Notes under the pieces: generated by a model
What the model saw: only the letters and a program-made list of their open reading frames with translations
Database searches by the model: none
Told to the model about the DNA's origin: nothing
From: a virus
Taxonomy: Duplodnaviria > Caudoviricetes
DNA length: 64,000 nucleotides
Reading direction: 5' to 3' (one strand)
Virus record (IMG/VR): IMGVR_UViG_3300046713_000250
Location: 1,597 to 65,596 of that record
Program-made: the position numbers and the translations under genes
In this document: positions 17,410 to 26,946 of the stretch, one piece after another
Layout of the letters: every line of letters begins with the position of its first letter
Position numbering within the stretch: position 1 is the first letter of the stretch

Positions 17410-17524
17410 CGCCCGGAACCCGTATCAGCCGTTCGGTCAGAAACGGCCTGAGAGGCCCTGTGCGCCTTCAGAAAGCCTCTGCCCACCCTGACCCCTACGC
17501 CAGCCCCTGAACGGCCCACAGCGG

Positions 17525-17815
17525 CTACGTGGCGTCACGGGTCATTGTGTTCCGCACGCATGCCGCAGTCAGCTTGCGCGTTCCCTCGCACATGCAGCCG
17601 TCCGTGTGGGCCATCTCCACCAACCCCTCATCGACGAGAGCCGCGAGCGCGGAGACCTCTTCGGCGAACTCGCGCTTGACCGCCACCACGATCGGCTCCG
17701 TCGCGTAGTCCTGCGCCCCCGCGTGGCCGGCATGGAACGGCCACGCCTTCCCGCCGTTGCGGCACCTGCGCTCAGTCATCCTTCGACTCCCATCGATGTC
17801 TACTCGGTAAGCCAC
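17525..17815 (-). CDS. Hypothetical protein (start uncertain)
   Basis: ORF track. Confidence 0.4.
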   Translation of the reverse strand: MAYRVDIDGSRRMTERRCRNGGKAWPFHAGHAGAQDYATEPIVVAVKREFAEEVSALAALVDEGLVEMAHTDGCMCEGTRKLTAACVRNTMTRDAT

Positions 17816-17826
17816 GGCTTACCAAT

Positions 17827-18038
17827 GGGGTTCTGGGGTTCATGAACCCCAAGGGGGTGTCTCTCTGGTTTGCTCGCGCGTTATTTTAATCAAGCTACTC
17901 TATATCTATATCTATATATATACGCAGGTCAGGCCACGTTTTTTGAGATCTTGGGCTTCACGATCAACTTAGGGCACCCTTACCGTTTTTGCACCCGCCA
18001 GAGTGCCCGATGGGGTTCACGTGAACCCCATGAACCCC
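17827..18038. other. Putative replication origin: GGGGTTCA iteron/palindrome clusters flanking an AT-rich core
   Basis: GGGGTTCATGAACCCC (17835-17850) and TGGGGTTCACGTGAACCCCA (18011-18030) plus extra half-sites; TATATC/TATA run ~17881-17922; directly after the helicase gene. Confidence 0.65.
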
Positions 18039-18043
18039 ACTTT

Positions 18044-19585
18044 TCAAGATCGCTCGTTTGGCATCGAAGAACCCGTTTCCAATCCACCCTCGTCTATCTC
18101 GTTGATCCACCCGATGGACACTGCGTGCGCCACCGCGGCCTTGAACAGAGGCTTGTCGCGTGACAACTTCTTGTAGATCACGTACGGCTTGACCGACGTG
18201 AAGGGTTCCGGCGCCGCCTCGGCCACGTAGTGATAGATCCGCCGGGCCACCCGCTCGACGTCGGCGCCGATGCCCGCCTTGGCCGTCTCGATCTCCACGG
18301 CCTCGGTGATCCGGGCCGAGCGCTTCTGCTCGGCGATCTGCTCAGCCTGCTGGTCGCGGTAGCGGATCAGCCGGTTGCGGATCGCGCAGGAGACCGACCA
18401 GATCATGCCGGCCAGGATCCAGTCGTCCCGGTCGACCAGCATCCGGCCGTCGATGTAGCACAGCAGGGCCGACAGTTTGGCCCGCATCAGCGGCTCGTGC
18501 GAGTCCATCGGGTCGAACTCGATGGTGCCGACGTGCTTGCCGTGGATCTGGTGGCGGAACCAGCGGCGCAGCTCGGCCGGGAATTGGATGACCCCGGTCC
18601 GACGCTCCTCGGCCGGCAGCACGATCGCCTCGGGGAATTCGAAGGCCTCGTCGGGCCCGGGCATCTCGGTGTCCTGGGCGCCCAGCCACAGGAACCGCTG
18701 CGGGGTGCCGGGGCCAACCTCGGACAGCATGGTCACGGCCGTCTCCGGCTGGTAGCCGATGATCATGCCGACCGTGTAGCTGCCGTCCGGGACGTACCGC
18801 CAGCGCTCCTCCGACGCGTTGGACTGCGACAGCGCGGCGCCGGACCAGGCCGTCCGCAGGTGTCCGCCCAGCGTGGCGCCGGACCGCTCGTGCATGAGCT
18901 TGGTCAGCACCTCGCCCTCGTCGACGTAGAACCATGCCCGGCCGCGGACCGCCTTGCGCACCTTGACCATGACCGGCTCGGGCACGGCGTTGCGGCCGCG
19001 GCCCTTCATCTCGTACTTGACCGAGCCGTCCGGGTTGGTCGCCTCCACCTCGACGGTGCCCATGAACGTCTCGGCCAGGCCCTCGCCGGTGCTCAGCGAC
19101 AGCCCGTCGCGGAAGGTGTCCATGTCGATCGAGCCGTCCGGCCCGCACAACCACGAGGGCATCCGCATCAGCCGCTTGGCCGCCTTGACCGCGTCCGACT
19201 TGCCGATGCCGCTCTTGCTCAGCAGCACCGCGAACAGGCTCATCGTGCCGAGACTCTTGCCGGTGTCGAAGCTGACCTCGGGCCCCAGCGCGCCGGCCAC
19301 CCTGGTCAGCACGCAGGCCAGCACGGCGTCGGGATGGGTCTGGCTCTGCCACGCCGCCTGCCGGATCAGCTTGAACACCTCGCGCGAGCCCCAGAACTCC
19401 TCGGGCAGCCGGTAGCGCGCGGCGATGGCCTCCTGGGCGGTCATGTCGGCCGGCGTGGAGCCGACCACGTGCGGTCCGACCTCGTCGCCGTACACGTCGT
19501 CGCGCTCGAGGACGTAGCCGTCCTCGTCGACCCGCTCGCCCGCCCAGAGATCCTCGGCCGCCGAGATCTCCTCCGGCGGCGTCAT
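18044..19585 (-). CDS. Replicative helicase-like P-loop protein (DUF3987 / primase-helicase C-terminal type)
   Basis: 'SKSGIGKS','STGEGLAETF','FYVDEGE','LRTAWSG','GTPQRFLW'. Confidence 0.7.
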   Translation of the reverse strand: MTPPEEISAAEDLWAGERVDEDGYVLERDDVYGDEVGPHVVGSTPADMTAQEAIAARYRLPEEFWGSREVFKLIRQAAWQSQTHPDAVLACVLTRVAGALGPEVSFDTGKSLGTMSLFAVLLSKSGIGKSDAVKAAKRLMRMPSWLCGPDGSIDMDTFRDGLSLSTGEGLAETFMGTVEVEATNPDGSVKYEMKGRGRNAVPEPVMVKVRKAVRGRAWFYVDEGEVLTKLMHERSGATLGGHLRTAWSGAALSQSNASEERWRYVPDGSYTVGMIIGYQPETAVTMLSEVGPGTPQRFLWLGAQDTEMPGPDEAFEFPEAIVLPAEERRTGVIQFPAELRRWFRHQIHGKHVGTIEFDPMDSHEPLMRAKLSALLCYIDGRMLVDRDDWILAGMIWSVSCAIRNRLIRYRDQQAEQIAEQKRSARITEAVEIETAKAGIGADVERVARRIYHYVAEAAPEPFTSVKPYVIYKKLSRDKPLFKAAVAHAVSIGWINEIDEGGLETGSSMPNERS

Positions 19586-19854
19586 CCCGTCACCCGCTCC
19601 GGCGTGAACGGCGGCATCCGGGTGCGCCCGATCACCAATACGTCGCCGGAGATGAGCAGGCCCGTACTGCCGCCCGTGAGGCGGACATCGGACGACCCGA
19701 GGCGCTCGATTCCCGTGCCGTTGGTCGACCCGAGGTCCCGCACCGTCCAGACGCAGAAGGCATCCTCGATGAGCACGCAGTGCCGCGGCGAGGCGTACGG
19801 ATCGTCGATCACGATGTCGCAGCCCGGGTCGCGCCCGATCGTCACCGTCCTCAC
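19582..19854 (-). CDS. Stand-alone FHA-domain protein
   Basis: 'TIGR...CDIVIDD..ASPRH','DLGSTNGT','GDVLVIG'. Confidence 0.9.
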   Translation of the reverse strand: MRTVTIGRDPGCDIVIDDPYASPRHCVLIEDAFCVWTVRDLGSTNGTGIERLGSSDVRLTGGSTGLLISGDVLVIGRTRMPPFTPERVTG

Positions 19855-19868
19855 GACATCACCACGAC

Positions 19869-19899
19869 TTGCGCTCTAGTCATACTGGGAGTACAGTAA
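19869..19899 (+). promoter_or_regulatory. Promoter TTGCGC-N17-TACAGT with TACTG-N6-CAGTA palindrome
   Basis: ttgcgc 19869-19874, tacagt 19892-19897. Confidence 0.8.
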
Positions 19900-19934
19900 A
19901 GGCAAGACAACGGATGCGACGAAGGAGACCCACG

Positions 19935-20210
19935 ATGCCCAGCTCCCCCGCGATTCAGGAACTGCTCAAGGCGGCCGGCATGAAGGACGCTTACGACGAG
20001 GGCGTGGCCGAGATCATCCGTAAGTACATCCGCAAAGACACTGGGCGCAAGGTTACCAAGACGATCACTTGGCCGGGCACTCCCATCTCGAATCACCCGC
20101 TGGTCTTCACTCCGACGCTCCGCGCCATGGTGGCGTCCGGAGAGTGCAAGCTGGTGGATGTGCCTACGACCCTGCGGCGCAAGGGCTATACGTACGTGAC
20201 CTTTGCCTGA
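19935..20210 (+). CDS. Basic hypothetical protein, counter-oriented moron
   Basis: Own promoter and AAGGAG SD; 91 aa, Lys-rich. Confidence 0.65.
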   Translation: MPSSPAIQELLKAAGMKDAYDEGVAEIIRKYIRKDTGRKVTKTITWPGTPISNHPLVFTPTLRAMVASGECKLVDVPTTLRRKGYTYVTFA

Positions 20211-20218
20211 TCCACTCT

Positions 20219-20569
20219 TCACCATGCCGGCACCGGCCCGCCCGGGTGGTCGCCGTCTCGCATGTATCGCTCGTCCACCCGCTCACGCCGTCGGTGCACC
20301 GCGACCGCGTCCTGCCCGGCCGTGGTGACCAGCCGGTACGGCCGGGGCGGGTAGGCGGCGTTCTCCTCGGCACAGCGGATCCGGTAGCCCTGCTGGAGCC
20401 CGGCAGCCCAGGACATCGGCTGAGCGCTCATCTCCGCCTCGGCCGCCTCGTACCCCCACCGCTGCGCCGCGCCCATCAGGAAGACCACCTGATCGCTGTC
20501 GAACAGCCGGTCGGGGTCGCTCAGGGCGGTGACCAGCCGTGCGACGGCCGATCCGTTATCATTGGTCAC
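20219..20569 (-). CDS. Hypothetical protein
   Basis: 116 aa; GAAGGG SD. Confidence 0.5.
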   Translation of the reverse strand: MTNDNGSAVARLVTALSDPDRLFDSDQVVFLMGAAQRWGYEAAEAEMSAQPMSWAAGLQQGYRIRCAEENAAYPPRPYRLVTTAGQDAVAVHRRRERVDERYMRDGDHPGGPVPAW

Positions 20570-20637
20570 GACAAACCCTTCTGTTGCTCGTCCCGGTGAT
20601 CAGAGAGCCCGCGTTCCTACCGCGGGCTTTCGCCGTC

Positions 20638-20823
20638 TCAGGGGATGTGGACCTCCCAGTCGAGATCGGACAGCATCTCGGCCAGGCTGTGCTGAACGAG
20701 GGGCTCGATGTCATTCGGCCACGCCGCCATCTCTGCGGCGTACTTCGCGAACCGCCGTCTGCGGGCCTTGGAAGATCGCACCCGACCGGCCCGCTGGGCG
20801 ATCTCCTCTCGCGTGAGCTGCAT
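20638..20823 (-). CDS. Small basic protein
   Basis: GGAGG SD; MQLTREEIAQRAGRVRSSKARRRR. Confidence 0.5.
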   Translation of the reverse strand: MQLTREEIAQRAGRVRSSKARRRRFAKYAAEMAAWPNDIEPLVQHSLAEMLSDLDWEVHIP

Positions 20824-20957
20824 GTATCCTCCCTGGTCAAGCATGGTTCTATGGTGACCATAGTATATCGTCTCCCCCTGATACGGACCGACCCCGCACG
20901 AAGACGGGGTCGGGTCAGCGTAAGCACCTGCGCAACATCGACACCACGGCCGACCGG

Positions 20958-21674
20958 TCAGGGTCGCGGGCGCCTCTCCGCCCCGTGCGCATGGTGCGCG
21001 GCTCGCCACTGCGCGTCGGCCAGCCGTCGCAGGTGCCGCTGCTCGCGCCGGCGCACCCGCTCGGCCCGCAGCCGCCGCACGGTCGCCTCGGTGACCCCGA
21101 TCCGCTTGCCGATCTCGCCCTTGAACATCGGCCGCATCTGCGCAGTGTGCTCGTCGCGGACCCACTTCTGCTCGAGCCGGATGATCGCGACCATCCGCTC
21201 GGCCCTGGTCGGGCTGTCCGGGAAGCCGTGCAGCATCATCATCACCACGATCGAGCTGACCCCCGCCTTGCCGTAGCGCCACTCCCGCCGCGGGTCGGCC
21301 GACAGCCGTCCGCCGGTCGCTCGCTGGATGCGCCGGATCTCCCGGTCGTACTCCATCGCGTACGCATTGGCCCGGGCCGCCATCCCGACGGCAACCCGCC
21401 GGTCCACCTCGTCCTGCACCGCTCGCAGCGCTTCCGGGCACCGGCATCCGTTCACCTGCGCCGCGTACCGTGTCCCGTGGCTGCGGGCCATGCACTGACC
21501 CGCAGGCCAGGTGGCAGCCTCCTCGCGCAGCGCCCGCTTGCGATCCATCCAGTCCTCGTGCGCCCGAATCGCCGCCGGGTGCCGGCATCCGTGGCTCCAC
21601 GCGTTCTGCGTCTGCCCACACCGCGCCCGCGGATTGCACCCGTACGCCACGCGGCCCTCGTCGGTGACCGTCAT
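20958..21674 (-). CDS. Cys/His-motif protein with C-terminal HTH
   Basis: 'HGCRHP','HGTRYA..NGCRCP','EIGKRIGVTEATVRR'. Confidence 0.6.
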   Translation of the reverse strand: MTVTDEGRVAYGCNPRARCGQTQNAWSHGCRHPAAIRAHEDWMDRKRALREEAATWPAGQCMARSHGTRYAAQVNGCRCPEALRAVQDEVDRRVAVGMAARANAYAMEYDREIRRIQRATGGRLSADPRREWRYGKAGVSSIVVMMMLHGFPDSPTRAERMVAIIRLEQKWVRDEHTAQMRPMFKGEIGKRIGVTEATVRRLRAERVRRREQRHLRRLADAQWRAAHHAHGAERRPRP

Positions 21675-21735
21675 CCCTCGTCTCCTCTCGCCGCCGTGCG
21701 CGCGGGGCGGCCCACACCGCCCCGCGCCGTCGCCC

Positions 21736-21993
21736 CTACTTGCCGACCCCGTTCGGGTCGACCTCCCACGCCCCGGTGATGACCAGCCGCCGCATCGCCA
21801 CGGCCTGACGGTCCGGGTCCTTGCTGGTCCCGGTCTCGAACTCCACGGCCTTACCCAGCGCGTCCAGCACCGACTTGCCCACCGCGGTCGGCTCGTACGT
21901 GCTGCTGTCGATCAGGCTCTCGGCCTCCAGGATGTCCCCGATCTGCCGCTCCGCCTCGGTCCGCGCGAGCACGTCCTCGTTCGCCTTACGCAT
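21736..21993 (-). CDS. Hypothetical protein
   Basis: AAGGAGACG SD. Confidence 0.5.
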   Translation of the reverse strand: MRKANEDVLARTEAERQIGDILEAESLIDSSTYEPTAVGKSVLDALGKAVEFETGTSKDPDRQAVAMRRLVITGAWEVDPNGVGK

Positions 21994-22900
21994 CCTTCGT
22001 CTCCTTCTCTTGCAGCACGCACACGGTGTACGCGCCCTCGGTCAGATCGAATCCCCGCGTCGCCCCGTACTGCCGAGTCCCGATCACCAACTGATCCGCC
22101 GCCAGCTCCACATCGGCGACCCAGAGCGTGAGTACCTCGCCGCTCCCGTCCTGCAAAGTGATCTCGGGTAGTTCGAGGCCAAACCACTTGCTGATGAAGT
22201 GGTCCACTTCCTCGCTGGTCCACCATCCGCGCAGGTCGTCCGGCATCGCCGCCAGCAGGTCTCGCTTCCGGGTGGTCTTCCCGCCACTGGCCAGGCGCGG
22301 ATCGGTCTCCTTGTCTCCGGCGAGCGTGCGCCCGCCGTGCTGCCAGACCCGCGTACGGTTGTACGCGATCTTCCGCACGTACTCCGCCTCGAGGTCGATG
22401 CCGTACTTGCGGGCGATCGTGTCCAACGTGCGCAGCACCAGCGCGAGCCTGGCCGGGCTGAGCACGGCGTCCGAGATCTCGCGGTGCAGCCACATCATGT
22501 GATCGCCGAACGTGACCACCGACAGGCGGCTGTCCGGCGTGTGCGCGCGGAGATCGGTCAGGCGGTCGTAACCGCTCAGCCGGATCCCGAACACGTCGGC
22601 CATGTCGACCAGCCGGATCAGCACGTCGGCGAACTCCGACCCCACGCCCTCGGGCTTGCCCCTGCCGTGCACGGGGCACGGGTTTCCGGTGTTCGCCTCG
22701 TTCCCGCAGATCGGTTTGGTCGCGTCGGCCAGCCGGTGATCCCGGTAGGCCTCCAGCGCCTCGCCGATCTCGGAATGCAGCAGCGCGATGTAGTCGCCCC
22801 ATGTCTGCCCCGGGCAGATCCCGCCGTCGGGAGCCCGCCAGCCGTGCGCGATGTTGACCTCACGGCACTCGGCCATGATCTGTCCCAGCGTCAGCGTCAT
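21986..22900 (-). CDS. MazG-like NTP pyrophosphohydrolase with extra C-terminal domain
   Basis: 'ALLHSEIGEALEAYR','GVGSEFADVLIR','IDLEAE...KIAYNRTR'. Confidence 0.8.
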   Translation of the reverse strand: MTLTLGQIMAECREVNIAHGWRAPDGGICPGQTWGDYIALLHSEIGEALEAYRDHRLADATKPICGNEANTGNPCPVHGRGKPEGVGSEFADVLIRLVDMADVFGIRLSGYDRLTDLRAHTPDSRLSVVTFGDHMMWLHREISDAVLSPARLALVLRTLDTIARKYGIDLEAEYVRKIAYNRTRVWQHGGRTLAGDKETDPRLASGGKTTRKRDLLAAMPDDLRGWWTSEEVDHFISKWFGLELPEITLQDGSGEVLTLWVADVELAADQLVIGTRQYGATRGFDLTEGAYTVCVLQEKETKDA

Positions 22901-22903
22901 GGC

Positions 22904-24070
22904 TCAGCCCCTCAGCTTCAGCGGCATGAGCAGGTGCTGCCACTGCGAGCCCTCGTCGTCGGCCGAGGTCAGCACGACGTGCCAGGGCCGGCCCGGCCGC
23001 TTCTCCTGGTCGCTGAACCGGATCCGCACGATCTCGCCCGGCGCCGAGCCGAGCGCGTCGGCCAGGTACTTCGGGTTGAACGCGAGCGTGTGATCGGGTC
23101 CTTGGTACTGGGCGTCGACCTCCTCCGAGCCCTTCTGCTGGATCTGGTCGGCCTTGGCGTGCACGGTGATCAGGTCGGTGCTCATCACCGCGGCGATCGG
23201 CCCGTCCTTCTCGCGCATCAGCACGGCCCGCTTCATCGGCTGCATCAGGTCGGACACCTTGACCAGCACCTCGTGCGGGAGCTCGTCGGTGAGCAGCGTC
23301 GCGATGACCTCGCGCATCTGCCACGGCTCGGCGATCTGACGGACGACCACCGACCGGGTGGCCGAGCTCAGCGCGAGCACGTTGGGCCCGAGCCCGACGG
23401 TGATGTCGTCCGGCCCGATGAACGCGGCCGCCACGTCGGTCATCTGCTGCCCGACGACCAGCGCGTTCTGGATATCGGACTCCTCGGTCCGGATGAACGG
23501 TGCCGCGTCGCGGGTGGCCCGCAGCGAGTCGCTGGCCATTGCGACGACGGACTGCCCGCCGAAGGTCAGGTGGATGCACTGCAGCGCGATCGGCTTGCCC
23601 GCGTCGTGCTCGGTCGCCGCGGCGGCCCGGGCGATCAGGTCGTGGAAGGCCTGCCCACTGACGGTGCCGATCCGCATCGGCGGCACCAGCGTCCCGTCCT
23701 GCACGCCGGACCAGTCGCCGGCGTCGCCCATCACCGGCACGGTGCCGGTCCACCGGCCGGCCACGATGACCAGGCTGGCCTCGTCGTCCCCGCCCAGCGT
23801 GACGGGCTTGTCGGCGAACGTGGCGACCAGCTGATCCAGCAGCCGCGCCGAGATGATCGCCGACCCCTTGCCCTCGCCGTCGACCGGCACGAGCGCCCGC
23901 GCGGTGATCCCCTCATTGAAGCTCTCGATCGCCAGGCTGCCCGCCCCGTCCACGGTGAGCAGCAGCCCGCCCTGGATCGGCACGGCCGGCTTGCCCGCGG
24001 CGAACTTCGCCGCCCACTTGACCGCCGCCGCGAACACCTGCGGCTTGGCGGTGACTTCTCCCTCGATCAT
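22904..24070 (-). CDS. dnaN: DNA polymerase III beta sliding clamp
   Basis: 'PAVPIQGGLLL','SARLL','ASDSLR','AFNPKYLADAL','HLLMPLK'; 388 aa. Confidence 0.85.
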   Translation of the reverse strand: MIEGEVTAKPQVFAAAVKWAAKFAAGKPAVPIQGGLLLTVDGAGSLAIESFNEGITARALVPVDGEGKGSAIISARLLDQLVATFADKPVTLGGDDEASLVIVAGRWTGTVPVMGDAGDWSGVQDGTLVPPMRIGTVSGQAFHDLIARAAAATEHDAGKPIALQCIHLTFGGQSVVAMASDSLRATRDAAPFIRTEESDIQNALVVGQQMTDVAAAFIGPDDITVGLGPNVLALSSATRSVVVRQIAEPWQMREVIATLLTDELPHEVLVKVSDLMQPMKRAVLMREKDGPIAAVMSTDLITVHAKADQIQQKGSEEVDAQYQGPDHTLAFNPKYLADALGSAPGEIVRIRFSDQEKRPGRPWHVVLTSADDEGSQWQHLLMPLKLRG

Positions 24071-24540
24071 CGGTTCTCCTCTCGGTACTGCTCGATCTCG
24101 TGCTTCAGGAACGCCGCCCAGTCCGGGTAGACCTCGGTCGCCGGGTGGCAGTGGAAGACGTGCTCGCGGGGGCCGACGATCACGAGCCGGATCGGCTCCG
24201 TACGCCGGGACAGGTCCCACGGGTGGTTGTCGTAGTAGCTGATCGCCATGCCGTGCTCGATGTGCCGGCCCCCTCGTGCCCCTTCGCCGGTGAACGACAC
24301 GATTGCGTCGGCACCGGACAGGTCCTCGATGTCGCGCTGCCCGTACTCCCACGCCTTGCTGACCGCCTCGGGAGTATCGAGCCCGCCCGCCGAGAATCCG
24401 GCGTCCAGTCCCTCCTGCGGGTCGGTCAGCCACCGCGAGGTAACCCGGTCGGCGCCGAAGAGCATCTCGAACAGTTCATCGGCATACGCCTCCAGCTCAG
24501 CCCGCCGCGCGTACGCGCCTGCGAAGTAGTAGCGCATCAC
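24067..24540 (-). CDS. Nucleoside 2-deoxyribosyltransferase-like (NDT/RCL fold)
   Basis: 'YYFAG','VTSRW','DIEDLSGADAIV','GGRHIEHGMA','VGPREHVFH'. Confidence 0.7.
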   Translation of the reverse strand: MMRYYFAGAYARRAELEAYADELFEMLFGADRVTSRWLTDPQEGLDAGFSAGGLDTPEAVSKAWEYGQRDIEDLSGADAIVSFTGEGARGGRHIEHGMAISYYDNHPWDLSRRTEPIRLVIVGPREHVFHCHPATEVYPDWAAFLKHEIEQYREENR

Positions 24541-25514
24541 GCCTCCGCCGCGTCGAACAGCGTCAGCGCGCCGGCGGTCGCCTCGGCCCGCTTCATGTTG
24601 GCTACCGCGGCGGCGAAGTAGCTGGGCTTCAGTTCGATGCCCATCCCGATCCGGCCGTTCTTGACCGCCACGTACGGTTCACTGCCGATGCCCGCGAACG
24701 GCGTGAACACGGTCTCGCCCGGATTGGACCACAGCCGCACGCACCGCTCGATCAGGTCCAGTTGCAGCGGGCAGATGTGCCGCTCGTCGGCCGACTCCCT
24801 GCCGGCCGCGACGTTGAGCGTGTTGGACTCGCGGATGTCGTACCAGCATCCGTTCGGGATCGCGATGCCCTCGGACTCCATGGCCGCGAGCTCGCCGTCC
24901 TCGTCGTTGCCGCGCCAGATCGGCCGGGCCCACTGGATCCACTCGTCGTTGGTCACGTCGGTCTTGACCGGCTGCTCGATCTCGCCGGGCTTGCGGAACA
25001 GCAGCAGGTAGTCGGCCAGCGCCGGGCGGGACTTGGCCGAGTCCTTGTTCTTCTGCACGAACATCAGCGCCTGCGCCTTGGTCCGGATGGCCTGCGCCTG
25101 CGGGTCCTTGTCGATGGTGACCTCGCCGTGGAAGATCCAGCCGCCGTCCTGGTAGGCCCGGATGACCTCGCCGCGGAAGTCGGTCAGCCCGACGATGCCG
25201 TGCATGGTCTTGGTGGTCGTGAGCTGCTGGACGTGCACCGCGTTGATCCGCCCAGGCTTGGTGACCCGCAGCATCTCGGAGATCACGAATGAATAATGTG
25301 AAAAGAATTCGGCCCGGCTGCCGGAGTTGCCGAGGTCGCGAATGGAGGGCGAGTACGTGTACAAACTGGCGAAAGGCGGCGAATAAATCGCCAGATCAAT
25401 CGAGCTATCGGCCAGTTCAGCCAGCCGCTCGCAGCTGTCGCCCAGCATCAATCGCCAGCCCGCGCCCTCTTCCTCGGCCGTGATGTACGGGTCGTCCGTG
25501 ATGTTCGCGGTCAT
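24537..25514 (-). CDS. DNA methyltransferase (N4/N6, beta class)
   Basis: Motif IV 'SPPF'; 'HICPLQL'; motif I 'TPFAGIGSE'. Confidence 0.9.
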   Translation of the reverse strand: MTANITDDPYITAEEEGAGWRLMLGDSCERLAELADSSIDLAIYSPPFASLYTYSPSIRDLGNSGSRAEFFSHYSFVISEMLRVTKPGRINAVHVQQLTTTKTMHGIVGLTDFRGEVIRAYQDGGWIFHGEVTIDKDPQAQAIRTKAQALMFVQKNKDSAKSRPALADYLLLFRKPGEIEQPVKTDVTNDEWIQWARPIWRGNDEDGELAAMESEGIAIPNGCWYDIRESNTLNVAAGRESADERHICPLQLDLIERCVRLWSNPGETVFTPFAGIGSEPYVAVKNGRIGMGIELKPSYFAAAVANMKRAEATAGALTLFDAAEA

Positions 25515-25650
25515 GGTCGGTTCCTCTCGGTTGATCATCGCGTCACGCTGATTCGCAAGACTGTTCGTAGCCATGTGATCTCGATCCACCATGTTGTTTC
25601 GACTGCATGGCGATCCCGTCCCGACCGGATCAGAGGTATCGCGCCGCCGA

Positions 25651-26946
25651 TCACTGCGTACTCCATTCCGACCGCATGGCAGCGACCATGCCGTCCACGA
25701 GCTTGTCGGCCTGCCGGCCCTTGCGCGAGACGTTGTCGGCGATCTGGGACTCGAGGTGCGAGAGCACGGCGTGCACCTCGACCTCGCGCTTCTGGCCGAA
25801 CCGCCACGAGCGCCGAATCGCCTGGAACCACATCTCCCACGAGTCATTCATGCCGACGAAGATCTGCCGCGCGCAGTGCTGAAAGTTGAGCCCCATAGCC
25901 GACATCGACGGCTTGGTGATCAGGTACGAGATCGTCCCGTCCGCGAATCCGAGGTAGGCCGCGGCCTTCTCCTCCGGCGTCCACGAGCCGAGCACGTTGA
26001 CCGATCCGGGCAGCGCCTTCTCCAGCGCGGCGGCTTCGTCATTGAGCCCGGTCCAGAGCAGCCACGGCTCGCCCGGCTCGGCCTTGACCAGTTCGACCGC
26101 CCGCTCCACCCGTGCGGCCAGCGTCTCCCGCCGGACCTGCGCCCGCCCGCCGACGCCGCCGATCTCGGCCCGGAACAACTGGCCGTCGGGGGCCTCCATG
26201 TCGACGTGCACGATCTCCGGAATGATCCGCAGTTCAGGCAGGATATAGCCGTCGTCCGGATACCCGATGTCGCTGGGCGTCCGCAGGGCCATGGCCCACG
26301 AGGTCATCCACCGGTACATCGGCTCGACGGCGTGCCGCTTGAGTCGCCAGCCCGCATCGTCGTGCACGAAGTACGCGGCCAGCATCTCGGTCCGCGGCAT
26401 GACGCCGAGGAATTCAGCCTGGTTGGTCAGCTCCTCGGGGTCGTTCGGGGCCGGTGTGGCCGTGCACGTCAGCCGGGCCCGGACCGGGGCGAAGTGCTGG
26501 ATCAGCCGGGTTCGGGTCTTGCCGTCGGACTGCTTGATGATCGACGCCTCGTCCAGCGCGACCGCGTCCAGCCGGTCGGGGGCGAAGTGCTCCACCATCT
26601 CGTAGTTGGTGATCCAGATGCCCGGGCCGGACGCAGCGGCGTCGTCCCGCACGTAGTGCGCTTCCACCCCGATCGCCGCAGCTTCCCGCGCGGTCTGCTC
26701 GCACACGGCCAGCGGCGCGACGATCAGCGATCGCCGCCCGGACAGCCGGGACCATTCGAGCTGGGCTCGCGTCTTGCCGAGCCCGGTGGACCACCACAGC
26801 GCCGCCCGCCCCTTGCGCACCGCCCACGCTGTCCCCTCGCGCTGCCAGTCGCTCAGCGCCGAGCTGACCACGGCGGCCGAGACGTCGGACCCGTAGGTGC
26901 CGTGCCGCCGCTGCTTGCCTGCCAGGAAGTCGGCGTACGCCGTCAT
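25651..26946 (-). CDS. SNF2/DEAD-like helicase
   Basis: 'TGLGKT','LDEAS','TATPAPND','GLNFQ','QAIRRSWRFGQ'. Confidence 0.9.
   Translation of the reverse strand: MTAYADFLAGKQRRHGTYGSDVSAAVVSSALSDWQREGTAWAVRKGRAALWWSTGLGKTRAQLEWSRLSGRRSLIVAPLAVCEQTAREAAAIGVEAHYVRDDAAASGPGIWITNYEMVEHFAPDRLDAVALDEASIIKQSDGKTRTRLIQHFAPVRARLTCTATPAPNDPEELTNQAEFLGVMPRTEMLAAYFVHDDAGWRLKRHAVEPMYRWMTSWAMALRTPSDIGYPDDGYILPELRIIPEIVHVDMEAPDGQLFRAEIGGVGGRAQVRRETLAARVERAVELVKAEPGEPWLLWTGLNDEAAALEKALPGSVNVLGSWTPEEKAAAYLGFADGTISYLITKPSMSAMGLNFQHCARQIFVGMNDSWEMWFQAIRRSWRFGQKREVEVHAVLSHLESQIADNVSRKGRQADKLVDGMVAAMRSEWSTQ

Noticed and set aside
17891-17922. TA microsatellite or assembly artefact
   Set aside because: Symmetric flanking iterons and the position after the helicase favour an unwinding element
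19883-19898. TACTG...CAGTA as a LexA/SOS box
   Set aside because: Spacing is CTG-N6-CAG rather than N10, and the actinobacterial box is GAAC-N4-GTTC
24537-26946. Helicase plus methylase as a DISARM/BREX/RM defence system
   Set aside because: A common phage pair with no cognate nuclease or other system genes
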